DNA from: Piromyces finnis finn
Lineage: Eukaryota; Fungi; Neocallimastigomycota
Assembly: GCA_002104945.1 (NCBI GenBank)
Contig: MCFH01000049.1
Span: forward strand, 310,001 to 374,000
Direction: 5' to 3'
Length of the DNA stretch: 64,000 nt
Shown: positions 48,969 to 61,700 of the stretch, piece by piece
Layout of the letters: each line of letters begins with the position of its first letter
Numbering within the stretch: the first letter of the stretch is position 1
Program-made: the position numbers and the translations under genes
Notes under the pieces: generated by a model
The model's database searches: none
What the model saw: only the letters and a program-made list of their open reading frames with translations
What the model was told of the DNA's origin: nothing

Positions 48969-51900
48969 TTATACGGAATTAATAGATCGACTTTCAATAA
49001 TTAAGTCAATATTATAGTTATAACTTTGAAGAAGGGCTTCAGCTTGTGCATAGTTATTATGTGTTCTTAGCATTACCCATCTTATTTTTTCTTGATTTAT
49101 CATAGTTTCAAGATATTTGTTACATGGTTCATAACAATGATTTTTAATCTGATAGAAAAATAATAAAATTCAATTAGAATTTCATATTTCTATTATTATT
49201 ATTTATTTCAATTTTTATATTTAAATTTATTTGTAGGATTAAATATAATTTACCTGTTGATATTTATTCAAATTCATCTTTTTAATGGATACTTTAAATG
49301 AACTACTAACTGGTCGATGATCAGATGCAGTACACTCATGTCTTTGATAATTTAATTGCTTAACTGAACCCCGGTATAAAATCTAGTTATAATTATATAT
49401 ATTATATGTAATATGATATAGTTAATATAAAACACCTACAACATAAAATATTTAATATATTATATTATTATTTACTCTATCACACCACGATGGAATTCTT
49501 TGTTTTTCCGATGTATCATAATGATTAAATCCAATATCATATTTAAAGGTTGGTGGGAAATTAATTTTTCCTTCAGTTAAAGGATAGAGTGGAAAACCGG
49601 TATCCGTAGAATGAATATTATGGAATTGGTCCATCTTAATTAATTCATCATATCTTCCTTCATTAGCCATTTTGATAATATCATCTCTAGTTAAATTGTT
49701 AATTGGATCAATTCTATAATTCATATCACCTAATATATAGATAATTCAAATAAAAATCAGTATAACATCATTAAAAAATAAAATATATCTATATATGCAT
49801 TTTATTTATTCTTTATTAAAAATATTTATAAGTTATATAGTATACATACCAAACCAAAAGACATTTTCATAATCCATAATTTGTGAACCATCACCACCAT
49901 TAACATAACAACATGGTTTATCATGGGGCGGGAATTTTGTTTCATTCATTATAGTAACTACATCATTATTTCTGGCAACAACTTGATCTTGATGAGCTGC
50001 CAAGTGAGTATTTATAATACAAAATGATGAATCATCAATTAACATTCTCAAAGCAATTGAACCCTAAATATACGATTATTTTCAAAATATATATATATGA
50101 TATATATTGAAATAAAATAAAATTAATAATCATTCATAAATATTTTTTTTATCATTTATGCATGAAGTAAAATTGACAGTAGATAATTAATTATTTCAAT
50201 AAATTTCTATTTAATACCTTATTTCCATGATAACCCTTAAGACCAGTTTCTACTGTATCAACATGGATGCATGATATATGTTCTGTTAAAGTTGGTTTAA
50301 CAAAAACAGTTAAGAAAAGACCTACCATTTGAGTACAACTGATATTTACGTATCTTTCATTTTGAGAATTTAATAAATTACTAGTAATGGCATCCACCCA
50401 AATTTGTTGTCTATTATCTAATTTTTCCTTTTTGCTCTTCTTTTTTGCCTTCTTAAAGAATGATTCTTAAAAAGAAAAAAAAAAAAAAAAAATTATATAT
50501 ATAATTTTAAACGTTAATATCATTCAAAACTTTAATATTACTAAAAAAATTTATAAATATTAAACTTACTTGCATTAACCGCTTTGCTATTGATCGATAA
50601 AATTTTATATTCAAGTTAATAATCTATAGTATATAACATTATAAATATATATGTGTAATATCTTATTGAAACTTAATTTTTACCTTTCAAGGTCTACGAT
50701 TTCTTGTAAACCGACTATAATAATATCTGGGGAATTAATAACTCTGAACCAATTATTAAAGAATTGTCTATTAAAGTCGTCTGATAGTAATTCTTGTGGT
50801 TTGGTAGAATCACAATTATAAGTGGTAACAAATACTGAAAGATCTGTTCTTTCTGAATAATAAGATTCTTGATCTTTAATTAAATTATCTTATATAAAAT
50901 AAAAGGATACAAATATTATGTAATCATTCAATGATTAATACAATATATTAAAATAATAATAGTATTATTATTTAAAAGTTTAAAAAAAACTTACTAATAT
51001 AATCTTCAGATAAAAAGGCATCCCAAAAATGAACATCGCCATCTTCCGATAAACTAGCAACAACAGAAAGTGATGAGTTTGCAATAGAAGTGTATGGAGG
51101 AACTAATGCATAGGGATAAAATTGGTCACGAGTTAATTGAACAACACCTGAATGGAAATGAGCCTCAAAATCTTTAATTTTCCTCCATGGTTTTACCGAA
51201 GAATCAAAAACACATATTTTACCTGTAGATAATCCAACCCAAACATGCTTATCATTTACTGTAAGAATAGATGTAATTTTATAATATGACACACTAAAGG
51301 ATTCCTTAGCTACAATATTTTCTGTATCCCATATTGTAATTTTTCCATCATCATGACCAGTATAAATTTCTTTACTATTTAATCCTGCTTCCGCAATGCA
51401 AGTTATTTTTCCCATCAATACCTTTAAATTAATAGTTTTTTTATTTGCAAAATGTGGGCATGGACCTAAAGCTGTAATTGATTTTTCGCTACACAACCAT
51501 AATTTATCATCTAAAACATAAGCATGTTCAATTTCAGGTATATCGCTAAGATTATATTCAATAGTTGGTTGATGGCTTAAAGAAAAATCGTTAGTTGTAT
51601 CATGTCTAGTCCAAATGGCAACATTTTTTTCAGTTACAGCCCATATTTTATCATTCCTGTAAAATATACCAATAACTGGATAGGATGATAATATGTGTGT
51701 TTGATTAATTCGCGAAGTATTAACATCAATTTCATAGATAACACCTTTATCACAGCCTACCCAAACAACATTGCCTTCATCAACTAAATAATGACCCGGA
51801 ACAAGTAAAATACTAGTAATTCTAATCTTTTCATCTATTGCCACCATATTACTAGGCATTCCTGTCTTTGTATTATATACTGAAAGATTTGAGCTACCAG

Positions 51901-52144
51901 AAAATAGATATTGACTACAAAATGTAATATATTTTGAATGATGTTTTGACGATAATTCAATTTTACTATAGCCATCAGCATATGGTGTAGCTCTATTAGC
52001 TTTTGATGCGTCAACATTAATAACAGCACGCCTTGAATTTATTTTATCACCTAAACTATTTACTGTTGGGATAGCATTATTAAGATGAATATTATCAATT
52101 TGAATTTGATTATGAAGATTAGGACGTTCGGGAATTGGTGGAGG

Positions 52145-52179
<35 letters not shown>

Positions 52180-53269
52180 GAGTTTGTATAACTGAATATT
52201 TTGTGTTAGAATTTTTTAATCTGGAAGCTGGTGACGGCTCTAATAATGGCATCTGTACATTTTGACGATATGAATTAGATACCCCTGAGACGGTAGATGC
52301 TTTTGGTATTGGAGCAGGCCTTGTTGATTGTAAGGAATAATTATAATTTGGTTGGATACTTTCTGGGGATAAAGTGTATGTTGGTGCAATAGGATTTTCA
52401 TTAATATGATTTGATTCCAATGAATATTCCGATGACTTTTGATAAGTAGTATACATTGTTGAAGCTTTTTCTTTATTCATAATACTAGCTCTAACAGATA
52501 ATCTCTTATTTTCCTGATTATTATTTATTCTATTATTAATTAACGGAGTTGTTCCTGTTCCTAACTCGCCATTTGCATCGGGTGATGGTGTTGTATCGAT
52601 TGGGGAAAATGGATTTACTAATGTTTCATTAGTTTTTGGAACGTTCAAATGGAGCTTCTTAAAATCATTAGATAAGCCTACTGTTTGAGGAACTGTTTCA
52701 TTATACTGTTTATTTGGATTATTTGAGATTGTAGAAGCATTCATTGTTGAAGGATTAGCAACAGATGATGTAATACGAGGTGAAGATCTGAATGCTAATG
52801 GTTTAGTTGGTACCAATGGAGATGGTGGTTTATTTAAAAAAACTTTTTTATCATTAGGATCTAAATATCTATTTGTATTTGGACTTTCTTCTGAGGGAGA
52901 AGGGGTTATTTTATTCGAGTCAGAAAATGGATTATCTAGAGCTGTTTGTTTATTCATTAAATTTTTTGTGTATATCGAAGTAACACTATTTTTATTTGTA
53001 TTATTTAAAAAACTAGTTTTTTTATTTGTTTCATTGTATGGATTAGACTGTTGTTGTTGCTCAAAAAAAGTTTGACTATGTCTTATTTTTGGTGATAATG
53101 GTGTAGTTCTAATTGGCGGCTTTAAAGTAGGTGACTTTAACACATTATTTTGTTTAGCTTGCTGTTCAAAGAAATTTGAACGTTCTTTTATCGAACAATA
53201 GTTGATTGATGTATTAGTAGAATGACAATCTGAAAATGGATTACTTGGCGAATCTGGTTCTTGACTCAT
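48969..53269 (-). CDS. Inositol polyphosphate 5-phosphatase with a low-complexity N-terminus and a WD40-like beta-propeller
   Basis: Large first exon (Pro/Ser/Gln-rich, then WD-like repeats such as YTGHDDGKITIWD). Downstream exons encode IPPc motifs: GLQEIVD, QMVGLFL, HGNKG, INTHLAAH, GDMNYRI, FPPTFKYD, PSWCDRI, SDHRPV. Stop at 48969-48971. Confidence 0.92.
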
Positions 53270-55080
53270 TATAAATGATAATAATTCTTTATAAAAATTA
53301 TTTTAAATTTTATAATTTATTCTTATTAAATTTAATTTCTTTATAATAATAAGTATATGTATATTTATATTATATGTATTTTATATAATTATCAATCATA
53401 CATATAACAAAACTTTTAGTATTGAAAAGAGATATTCGTAATGATTATTACTTCTGTTGTGAATATATATGAATGTATAATATATATGTTAAAAATGGAT
53501 ATATTATTAAAATAAATAAGTAAATAAATAAAATATGTTTATATAATTAAATTAAATATTTCTTTAATTTTCATTTACATTAATTATCTATACTTTGATA
53601 AAATAATAGGGAAATCTTGATATTTTGGTCGACTATAAACAGAATTGGAATATATTGATGAATAACAGTGATATATCTAATTTGTTATTAGAATTCTTTT
53701 ACGAATTTGATTTATATGTTTAATAGTAAAAAATAAATGAAGATAAAAAGACTTTCTTTTCTTAAAATAAATATTTATTTAAAAAATAAAGGTTGTTTTC
53801 TTTTTTATTATTTTTTTTTCTTTTTGTATATCTTTATTAATATCTTTTCCTTATTTTCTTTTTCTTTTTTTAAAAAAAAAAAAAGAAAAAACAGTAGTTT
53901 AGGCTAATTTGAAATTACATATATAAAATAAAAGTTGTTTTTTTTTTATATTATTTTTTTTTCCTTTTTTATATTTAATAATTATTTATTTATATATAAA
54001 AAATTATTTAATAATAATTGATTCAATAAATAATTAATAATAGAAAAAATGCCTGGCTTGTGGCCTGCTTTTCACACACCTAATTTGTTTGTACAAAAAT
54101 AATTTAAATAATCTTTCTTTTAATATTAATTTAATATAATAATTATATATTATAATATATGATTCTTTATGACTTTAGATTTACCGTTCTAATATTTTAA
54201 TATATTAATCATTTAATATTTAAAAAAACTGTCATTTATTTGTAAAGAAAAATATATATTTATTTAAAAAAAAACTTGGCATGGTAAAGAAAAAAGGAAA
54301 TAGTATGAATGAAGGATAATAAAAAAAAAAAAAAGATATTATATATAATACTTGATAATTCTTATTATATAAAAAGGAATCAATATTGAAATCGAAATAT
54401 ATTCAAAAAAAAAAAAAAGGTTTATTTTCTTATTAATAAAATCTTGTGGAAGTGTTATCTTCCATTACCATTTCATTGCTTATAAATAATATGATTTATA
54501 TAAAAAAAAAATAGTTTTTAGAAAAGTAATAATATTATATTCTTTTGAACTTTAAATTCTTTAACTATTTTCAATAATTAATAACTATAAATACATTTAA
54601 TATATAAAAATTAAAAAAAAAAAAACTAGCTAAAGATAAAGAGTTATAATGAGAAGAAGAAAAAGGTTATATTTGATTAATAAAATTTATATTATTATAT
54701 ACAATAGGGTTAGATTATTTAATTCTATTTGAATTGTGAAATATATTTAATAATTTTATTAACAAGGTTAACAAAAAGAGAAAAAGATTGCATTGAAAAT
54801 AAAACAGTTACAGAATGAGATGTGGGTCTATACAAACCATAAGGAATAACAAACTCTAAAACACGTAGAAATTACATTTACAGCACTTTTATCTATTTGT
54901 GTTTTTATTTATAATTTTTACCACGTGTGTTACATATATATATTGAATAAATGAATAAAAATATGTATTCTTATATCAAACTAAGATTAACTATCATCCA
55001 TTAATTTGATTCCAAAAATAAAATTATATTGTTATGATTAATTAAAAAAAAAAAAAGTTAATAAATAAATATATATAATA

Positions 55081-55119
<39 letters not shown>

Positions 55120-55979
55120 TTTTTTTTTTTTTTTTAAATTCAAAAATAATAATAAAGAAATTAATTTCTTTATAAATTTACATTATATTATTATATATAA
55201 TAGCAGAAATTTATTAACAGAAATTCAATAGGTAAAGAATTATAAATATATATACATTAAAAAGATATATTTAAATAATATAAATAGTTTTTAGTGTTGT
55301 TGATGCCTTTTTTTAAATAAGGATTTAAATTGAGAAATTCGGATTTCATTTTTATTGATGAAATTGTAATTTTAAAATAATTTTTTAAAAAGTGTTATAT
55401 AATTATCAAAATATTTTTATTTGTTAACTATATAATATTTTATTATTATTATTATTTCAATGAAGATAATAAAAAATAATTATTAAAAGTAATTTAATCT
55501 AAATATACCTTTAAAAATCAAATTATAATTTCAGTTCAATCAATTGACATTTCAAATTTATATCTTTGTAATTCTTAAAATACGCTTTATTTTATTTATT
55601 TACTTATATATTATTACTTATATATAATGCATGAATAACCTTAAACATTAACCTATCTATATATTTTATTTTATTTCTATTTAAATATTGAAATTGAAAC
55701 ACACCACTACAATAATTACAATAATAACAAAATTAAAAATATAAAAAATAAAATTTCAAACTTTTTATTCTAGAAAAAATAAATAAATAAATAAATTAAC
55801 ATTAATATTAAGAATAACATTCATAAAATTAATAAAGTTAATATAAAAATAATAAAATAAAAACTTAAATTATTTGATGAATGAACAATTATATTGACTT
55901 CTTATTTAGTAATAAAACATATTTTACTTTACTTTCTATTATTATTACTTCCTGCATTGTAAAATTAATAAGAATCAGA

Positions 55980-57534
55980 ATGAGTTTAGAAGCTGCTGGA
56001 GAAGAAAACATTATTGAAGAAAAAAAATATACATCTATTGATGAAGTACCAAAAGAAGATATAGAAAAGGCAGAAAAAGTAAAAGCTGAAGCTAATGTTT
56101 TATTCAAAAATAAAAGCTACGATAAAGCTATAGAAAAATATTCTGAAGCAATTAAATTAAATCCTTTTGCTCCAGTTTATTATTCAAATCGTGCATTTGC
56201 ACACATTAAAGAAGAATCATATGGTTACGCCTTAGCTGATGCTAATAAGGTAAAAAAAAAAAAAAAATTTATATATATATACATATAAACAAAAAGTTTA
56301 AAATAAATTCATAAGTTTTGCTTATAGAATAATTTAAAATAAAATAATAGTATATACTAAATCTTTTTTTTTTTTATTAAAAATTTCATTTTGGTATATT
56401 CAATCAATATATTTTTATTTAATATTAATTAGTGTATTGAATTAGATTCAAAATTTATAAAGGGTTATTATCGTCGTGCCATTGCTCATATGGCATTATT
56501 AAATTTAAAAGATGCTTTAAAAGATTTACGTGCAGTATGTAAAGCAGCTCCAAATGATATAGATGCTAGAAAACAATTAAAGGCTTGTGAAAAAGAATAT
56601 AGATTAAGAGAATTTGAAAAGGCTATTAAGGTAGATACAGATGTTAAAACAATTGAACAAATTTTAGGTAATCCAGATGATATTGTTGTACCAGATTCCT
56701 ATGATGGTCCAAGATATGATAATGAAATTACTGAAGATTACATTAATCAATTACTTGAATATCAAAAAGAACAAAAAACTATTCATAAGAAATATGTATA
56801 CAAAACTGTTATTAATGCTAGAAAACACTTTGAAAAGAAAGAAAGTTTAGTAAATATTACTATACCAGAAAATGGTAGAATTACCGTTTGTGGTGATGTT
56901 CACGGTCAATATTATGATTTATTACATATCTTTGAGGTAATCTATTAAATGCTATATAAAACTATACAGTTGTAGTAATAATTATAGAATTTTTAATATC
57001 CAAAATTTTCAAATATAATATTAAAACTGGAAAATGCATATGTATTATATATCTCTACAGGTTAATGGAAAACCATCACCTACTAATTTATATTTATTCA
57101 ACGGTAAATATTTACACGCACGTATATATATAATGTATATAGAATGTATAGTTAATATTATCATATTTATAATAGGTGATTTTGTTGATCGTGGTTCCTT
57201 CTCTCTTGAAGTTATAATGCTTTTACTTTCATATGTATTATTATATCCAGATTGTTTCTTCCTCAATCGTGGTAATCATGAAACTATCGATATGAATAAG
57301 GTAAATATATCAATTATCGAAAATAATAATAAAATAATAATAATAATAATTAATCATAAAATTATATATATTAAAAGGTTTATGGTTTCGAAGGTGAATG
57401 TACTTCCAAGTTTACTGAAAACTTATTTAAGGGATTTATTGAATTATTCAACTCATTGCCATTAGCTTACACCATTGAAAATAAGATCTTTGTTGTTCAC
57501 GGTGGTCTCTCTGAAGATGGTGTTACCCTAGGTA

Positions 57535-57586
<52 letters not shown>

Positions 57587-58316
57587 CCTATAATATATAT
57601 ATAGCATTTAGGGCTTTGTATTCTTATTCTATATATATACATAATTGTTGTATTGATAAAAAAATTATTTATAATAAAACATTATAATAGATGATATTAG
57701 AAAGATTGATCGTTTCAGACAACCAGGTCAAGGTGGTTTAATGTCTGATTTATTATGGACTGATCCACAACCAGCTAAGGGACGTGGTCCAAGTAAACGT
57801 GGTGTTGGTTTCCAGTAAGTATTTTTTTTTTTTTTTTTTATCATAAAATTTATATAATAAATATTATTTATTTATTTATTTATTCAAAAATAATTTTATT
57901 GTATTATAGATTTGGACCAGATGTTACTGAAAATTTCTTAAAGAGAAATAATTTAGACTTATTAATTCGTTCCCACGAAGTTAAACAAGATGGTTATGAA
58001 ATCGCACATGATGGTAAATGTGTTACTGTATTTAGTGCACCAAATTATTGTGATCAAGTAAGTATAAATAAAAATTTATAAAGTTATTTAAAATATATTT
58101 TTATATATTTCAATATAATGAATGTAATTTGTATATAACATATCCATAAAAATTATAATAATTTTCTTTTTTCTTTTAAAAAAAAAAAAGATGGGTAATC
58201 TTGGTGCTTTTATCAACTTTGATAAATCATTACAACCAAAGTATAATACTTTCAAGGCTTCAGATCATCCAACCATTCCAGCAATGAAATATGCCAAGTC
58301 ATTCTTTGGATTTTAA
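55980..58316 (+). CDS. PPT1: Serine/threonine protein phosphatase 5 (TPR + PPP catalytic domain), multi-exon
   Basis: TPR region ([24 protein letters not shown]...[10 protein letters not shown]...KGYYRRA). Catalytic motifs GDVHGQ, GDFVDRG, RGNHE, VHGG, WTDP, RSHE, FSAPNYC. C-terminal PAMKYA. Stop at 58314-58316. Confidence 0.96.
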
Positions 58317-58702
58317 TAATAAAAATTCAATATAATTTTTATTTTATTTTTTTTTTTTTTTTTTTTTTTTTCTTTACTTTATAAAATATGATAAAGTAAG
58401 GATATAAGAGTAATCGTCGCATTGTTAAATTGAATATAGTTTTATTTAATGAATATTTATTACAAAAAAAAAAAAAAAAAAAAAAAAAGACATAAATACA
58501 TCAACAGAAATTGTTTTATCAACAAATATTTGCAATTAATAAAATAAAATAAAAAAATATTAAATCAGTTTTTTTTTTTTTTTTTAACGGTAGTAAATTA
58601 TTTTGAAAATTATTATTTTAATTTCCAAGAAGAAAATAAAATAAAAAAAAAAAAAGTAAAATAGGTTGAATAATGGTGTAGTTTGAATTTTAATGGGAAT
58701 GC

Positions 58703-58706
<4 letters not shown>

Positions 58707-58745
<39 letters not shown>

Positions 58746-61700
58746 GGCATCAAATATTTTAAACTTTATTATTAATTTAATTAAAATTATAATACATGTA
58801 ATAAAAAATTAAAAAATAAAAATAAAAATAAAAAAAAATATGTTTAAATAAACACAAATGAATAAAAATTGGGTATAATGTATTCTAGTAATTTTAATTA
58901 AAGTAAGAAAGCCACTATCATACTAAAGTATAATAATTGTATTTGACTTCCAATGGGACACCGAGCCAAAGATCAAAATTTTGTCATGGAACAAAATTAT
59001 GATCTCCATTGGTTGCGCTGGCCCTCCTGGCCTGTCTTACTGTTTCTTCAGCATTGACGCTCTTGGATGTTGCTTCAAACCTTTTGAACATTGTCCATTG
59101 CTGGCCAATAGCAAAAGGCATGATTTTGGTTAGAAGTTCCGCGGTTACCGTCAAGAATGGTGTTCCTTCGTTAGTATCAGATTGAATCTGACGCTTACAA
59201 AGTTCTTTCCATTCCCTTGAATTGTAATTAATATTGTTAAAACTTCTTCCCCCAAGAAGGAATTTAAATATTTTACTGTACACACTAGAATAATCATACA
59301 CATTAATATTCACCGGATTATTAGAACTATTACTATCATTAACTAAATTACTATCTAAATTAGAATTATTATCTTCACTATTGCTATCATTACTAATATT
59401 ATTATTTCTATTATTGTTATTATTACTATTGTTACTATTACTATTGTTACTATTACTATTGTTATTACTACTATTGTTACTATTACTATTAATGTTATTA
59501 CTATCTCTACTGATATTAACATTTTCATTATTATTGATAGGACTATTGGAATTACGTTGACTGAAAAAATTTAATAGCTGAACTATGGAATCATAATGTT
59601 TAATACGGATATCTCTAAATGTTGGACAATCTAATAACCAATGTTTAATACTTTGAACACCACACTTGCAACATGGACAGTAGTTAGGACAAACTGGATC
59701 AACAAATTTGGCAGCTTTGGCAACTCTAGCATCCAACTTGTATCCGCTTCTTGCTTTCAATAGCCAGTAGAAGCCATAGGCAAACTCTGGGTATTCATAA
59801 CATAATTTAATAAAATCTTTAGTTTCAATAAATTTATTATCATCATAATATTGCGCTTTGATTGAATTCCCTTTGAGATCTTTCCAATAAAAGTTTTTAA
59901 CTGCTTTAACATCTCCATGTTTCTTTAGTTTTTTATCAAGTGTCCTACTTGATTTGCACCACGTGTATTTTCTAAATTTAGGAATGTAATTGACAAGGTG
60001 TGAGATAATACAATTTGAGTTTTTCCATTTGTTAAAACATCTAACCTGAGCTAACGCACATTTGGCTGACAATGGAGGAATATTCAAATCTTTTGAGATA
60101 GAGTATAAAGATATAAACGATACAGCTTTATGAACTCCGGCAACCCATCGTATTCCTTTGTTAACATGCTTCTGAGCAATTCTAGACCTAGCTTTGTTGG
60201 ATCCAAGTAATGGTGCAAAGTATGAAACTCTGCTGATTACTTGTGAGTTAAGTACTAGTTTTTTGAAAGGAATAGGAATATTAGGATTTCTTAAGAATTT
60301 ACTGACTGAGAAAAGTCCTTTCAAAACCTTGTTATTAAGAGCTTTAATTACTGGTTTAAGGGACAGATTCTTATCAAATGGAACACCAAGATAAGTATAG
60401 CAATCAGTAGTTGGAATGGGTTGTCCTGCTAAGTAAAATGTTGGATCTCTCTTGTTCTGATTTTCTATTGATTCAGGACGAATCACCATCGTTGAACATT
60501 TCTGGATACCAAATTCCATTTCATTATACAGTGCCCATTCATTAACTCTTCTAAGCATCTTTTTTAAGCATCCTCTTGTTGGAGCACAAATAACTATATC
60601 ATCTGCAAAAAGTCCACCACAGCATCGAGTGTCACCTAAACTGACTCCTAGATCTTCGCACTCTCTAAATATATCATTAATAAAGAGATTAAAGAGAATA
60701 GGAGAAAGAGGGCATCCTTGACGGACTCCTTTCTTCACATCAAAAGATTTCGAGAATTGTCCATCTAATTTGACATTAGCCTTAGATGTTAAATATAAAT
60801 TTTTGATAAATTGTAGACTCTTACCTCGGATTCCTAAACAATCTAATTTATGGAGAATATTACCGATTGGGACTGAATCGTATGCTTTCCTGAGATCTAA
60901 AAAGGCCAAATATGTCTCTGTATTATCTAATTGACGTCTACGGCATATTTCTTGGATTGAAATGAAAAGACTAATACTTTCTTCCTTTTTTCGAAAACCA
61001 AATTGTTCAGGTCTAATGAAATTATTCTTTAGACCATATTCTGAGATTCTAGTGGTGACAATTTTGGAAATCAACTTAATACCATTATTGATAAGTGATA
61101 TACCTCGATAGTTATCACAATCTGTCAAATCTCCCTTCTTAGGAATAGAAACAATACTGGATTCATTCCATGAGTTGGGGAAATCTCCATCCCAAATACG
61201 GTTGAATAATTTAAGAATAAAATTTAAACCATGAGCATCATTATCTGAAGTAGTATTACCAGAAGAATTATTATCTGTAGCATTATTAGAATCATTACTT
61301 GATGGAACTAATGCTTTGTAAAATTCAATTGGAATACCATCCGGACCTGATGCTTTATAATTTGGAGTAGTGAGGATAGCTGACTTGACTTCATCAATAC
61401 TAATATCTTGGTTGATATCCCACTCATCAAGCATAGGAAGTGAAAAACGTTTATTCGTTGGTTCTTCATACCAATGCTCCAAATCAAGACTTACACCATT
61501 TGGGTCTGATGCAAGATTTTCGAAATGATCATGCCACACATCTAGTTGTTCTTCTGTAGCAACAACTAATTCTCCATTTTTATTTTTAATTGGTTGAGCA
61601 ATAAAGAAAGAATCTTTTCCAATTTTTGCAGTTTTCTTGATCCATTTCCAGGCCTTCTTAGGATTATGACTCTTCATATACTCACATCCTGTTTTAATCC

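Noticed and set aside
50972-53269. Separate 765-aa WD-like gene
   Set aside because: It reads into an intron; downstream exons supply the 5-phosphatase domain.
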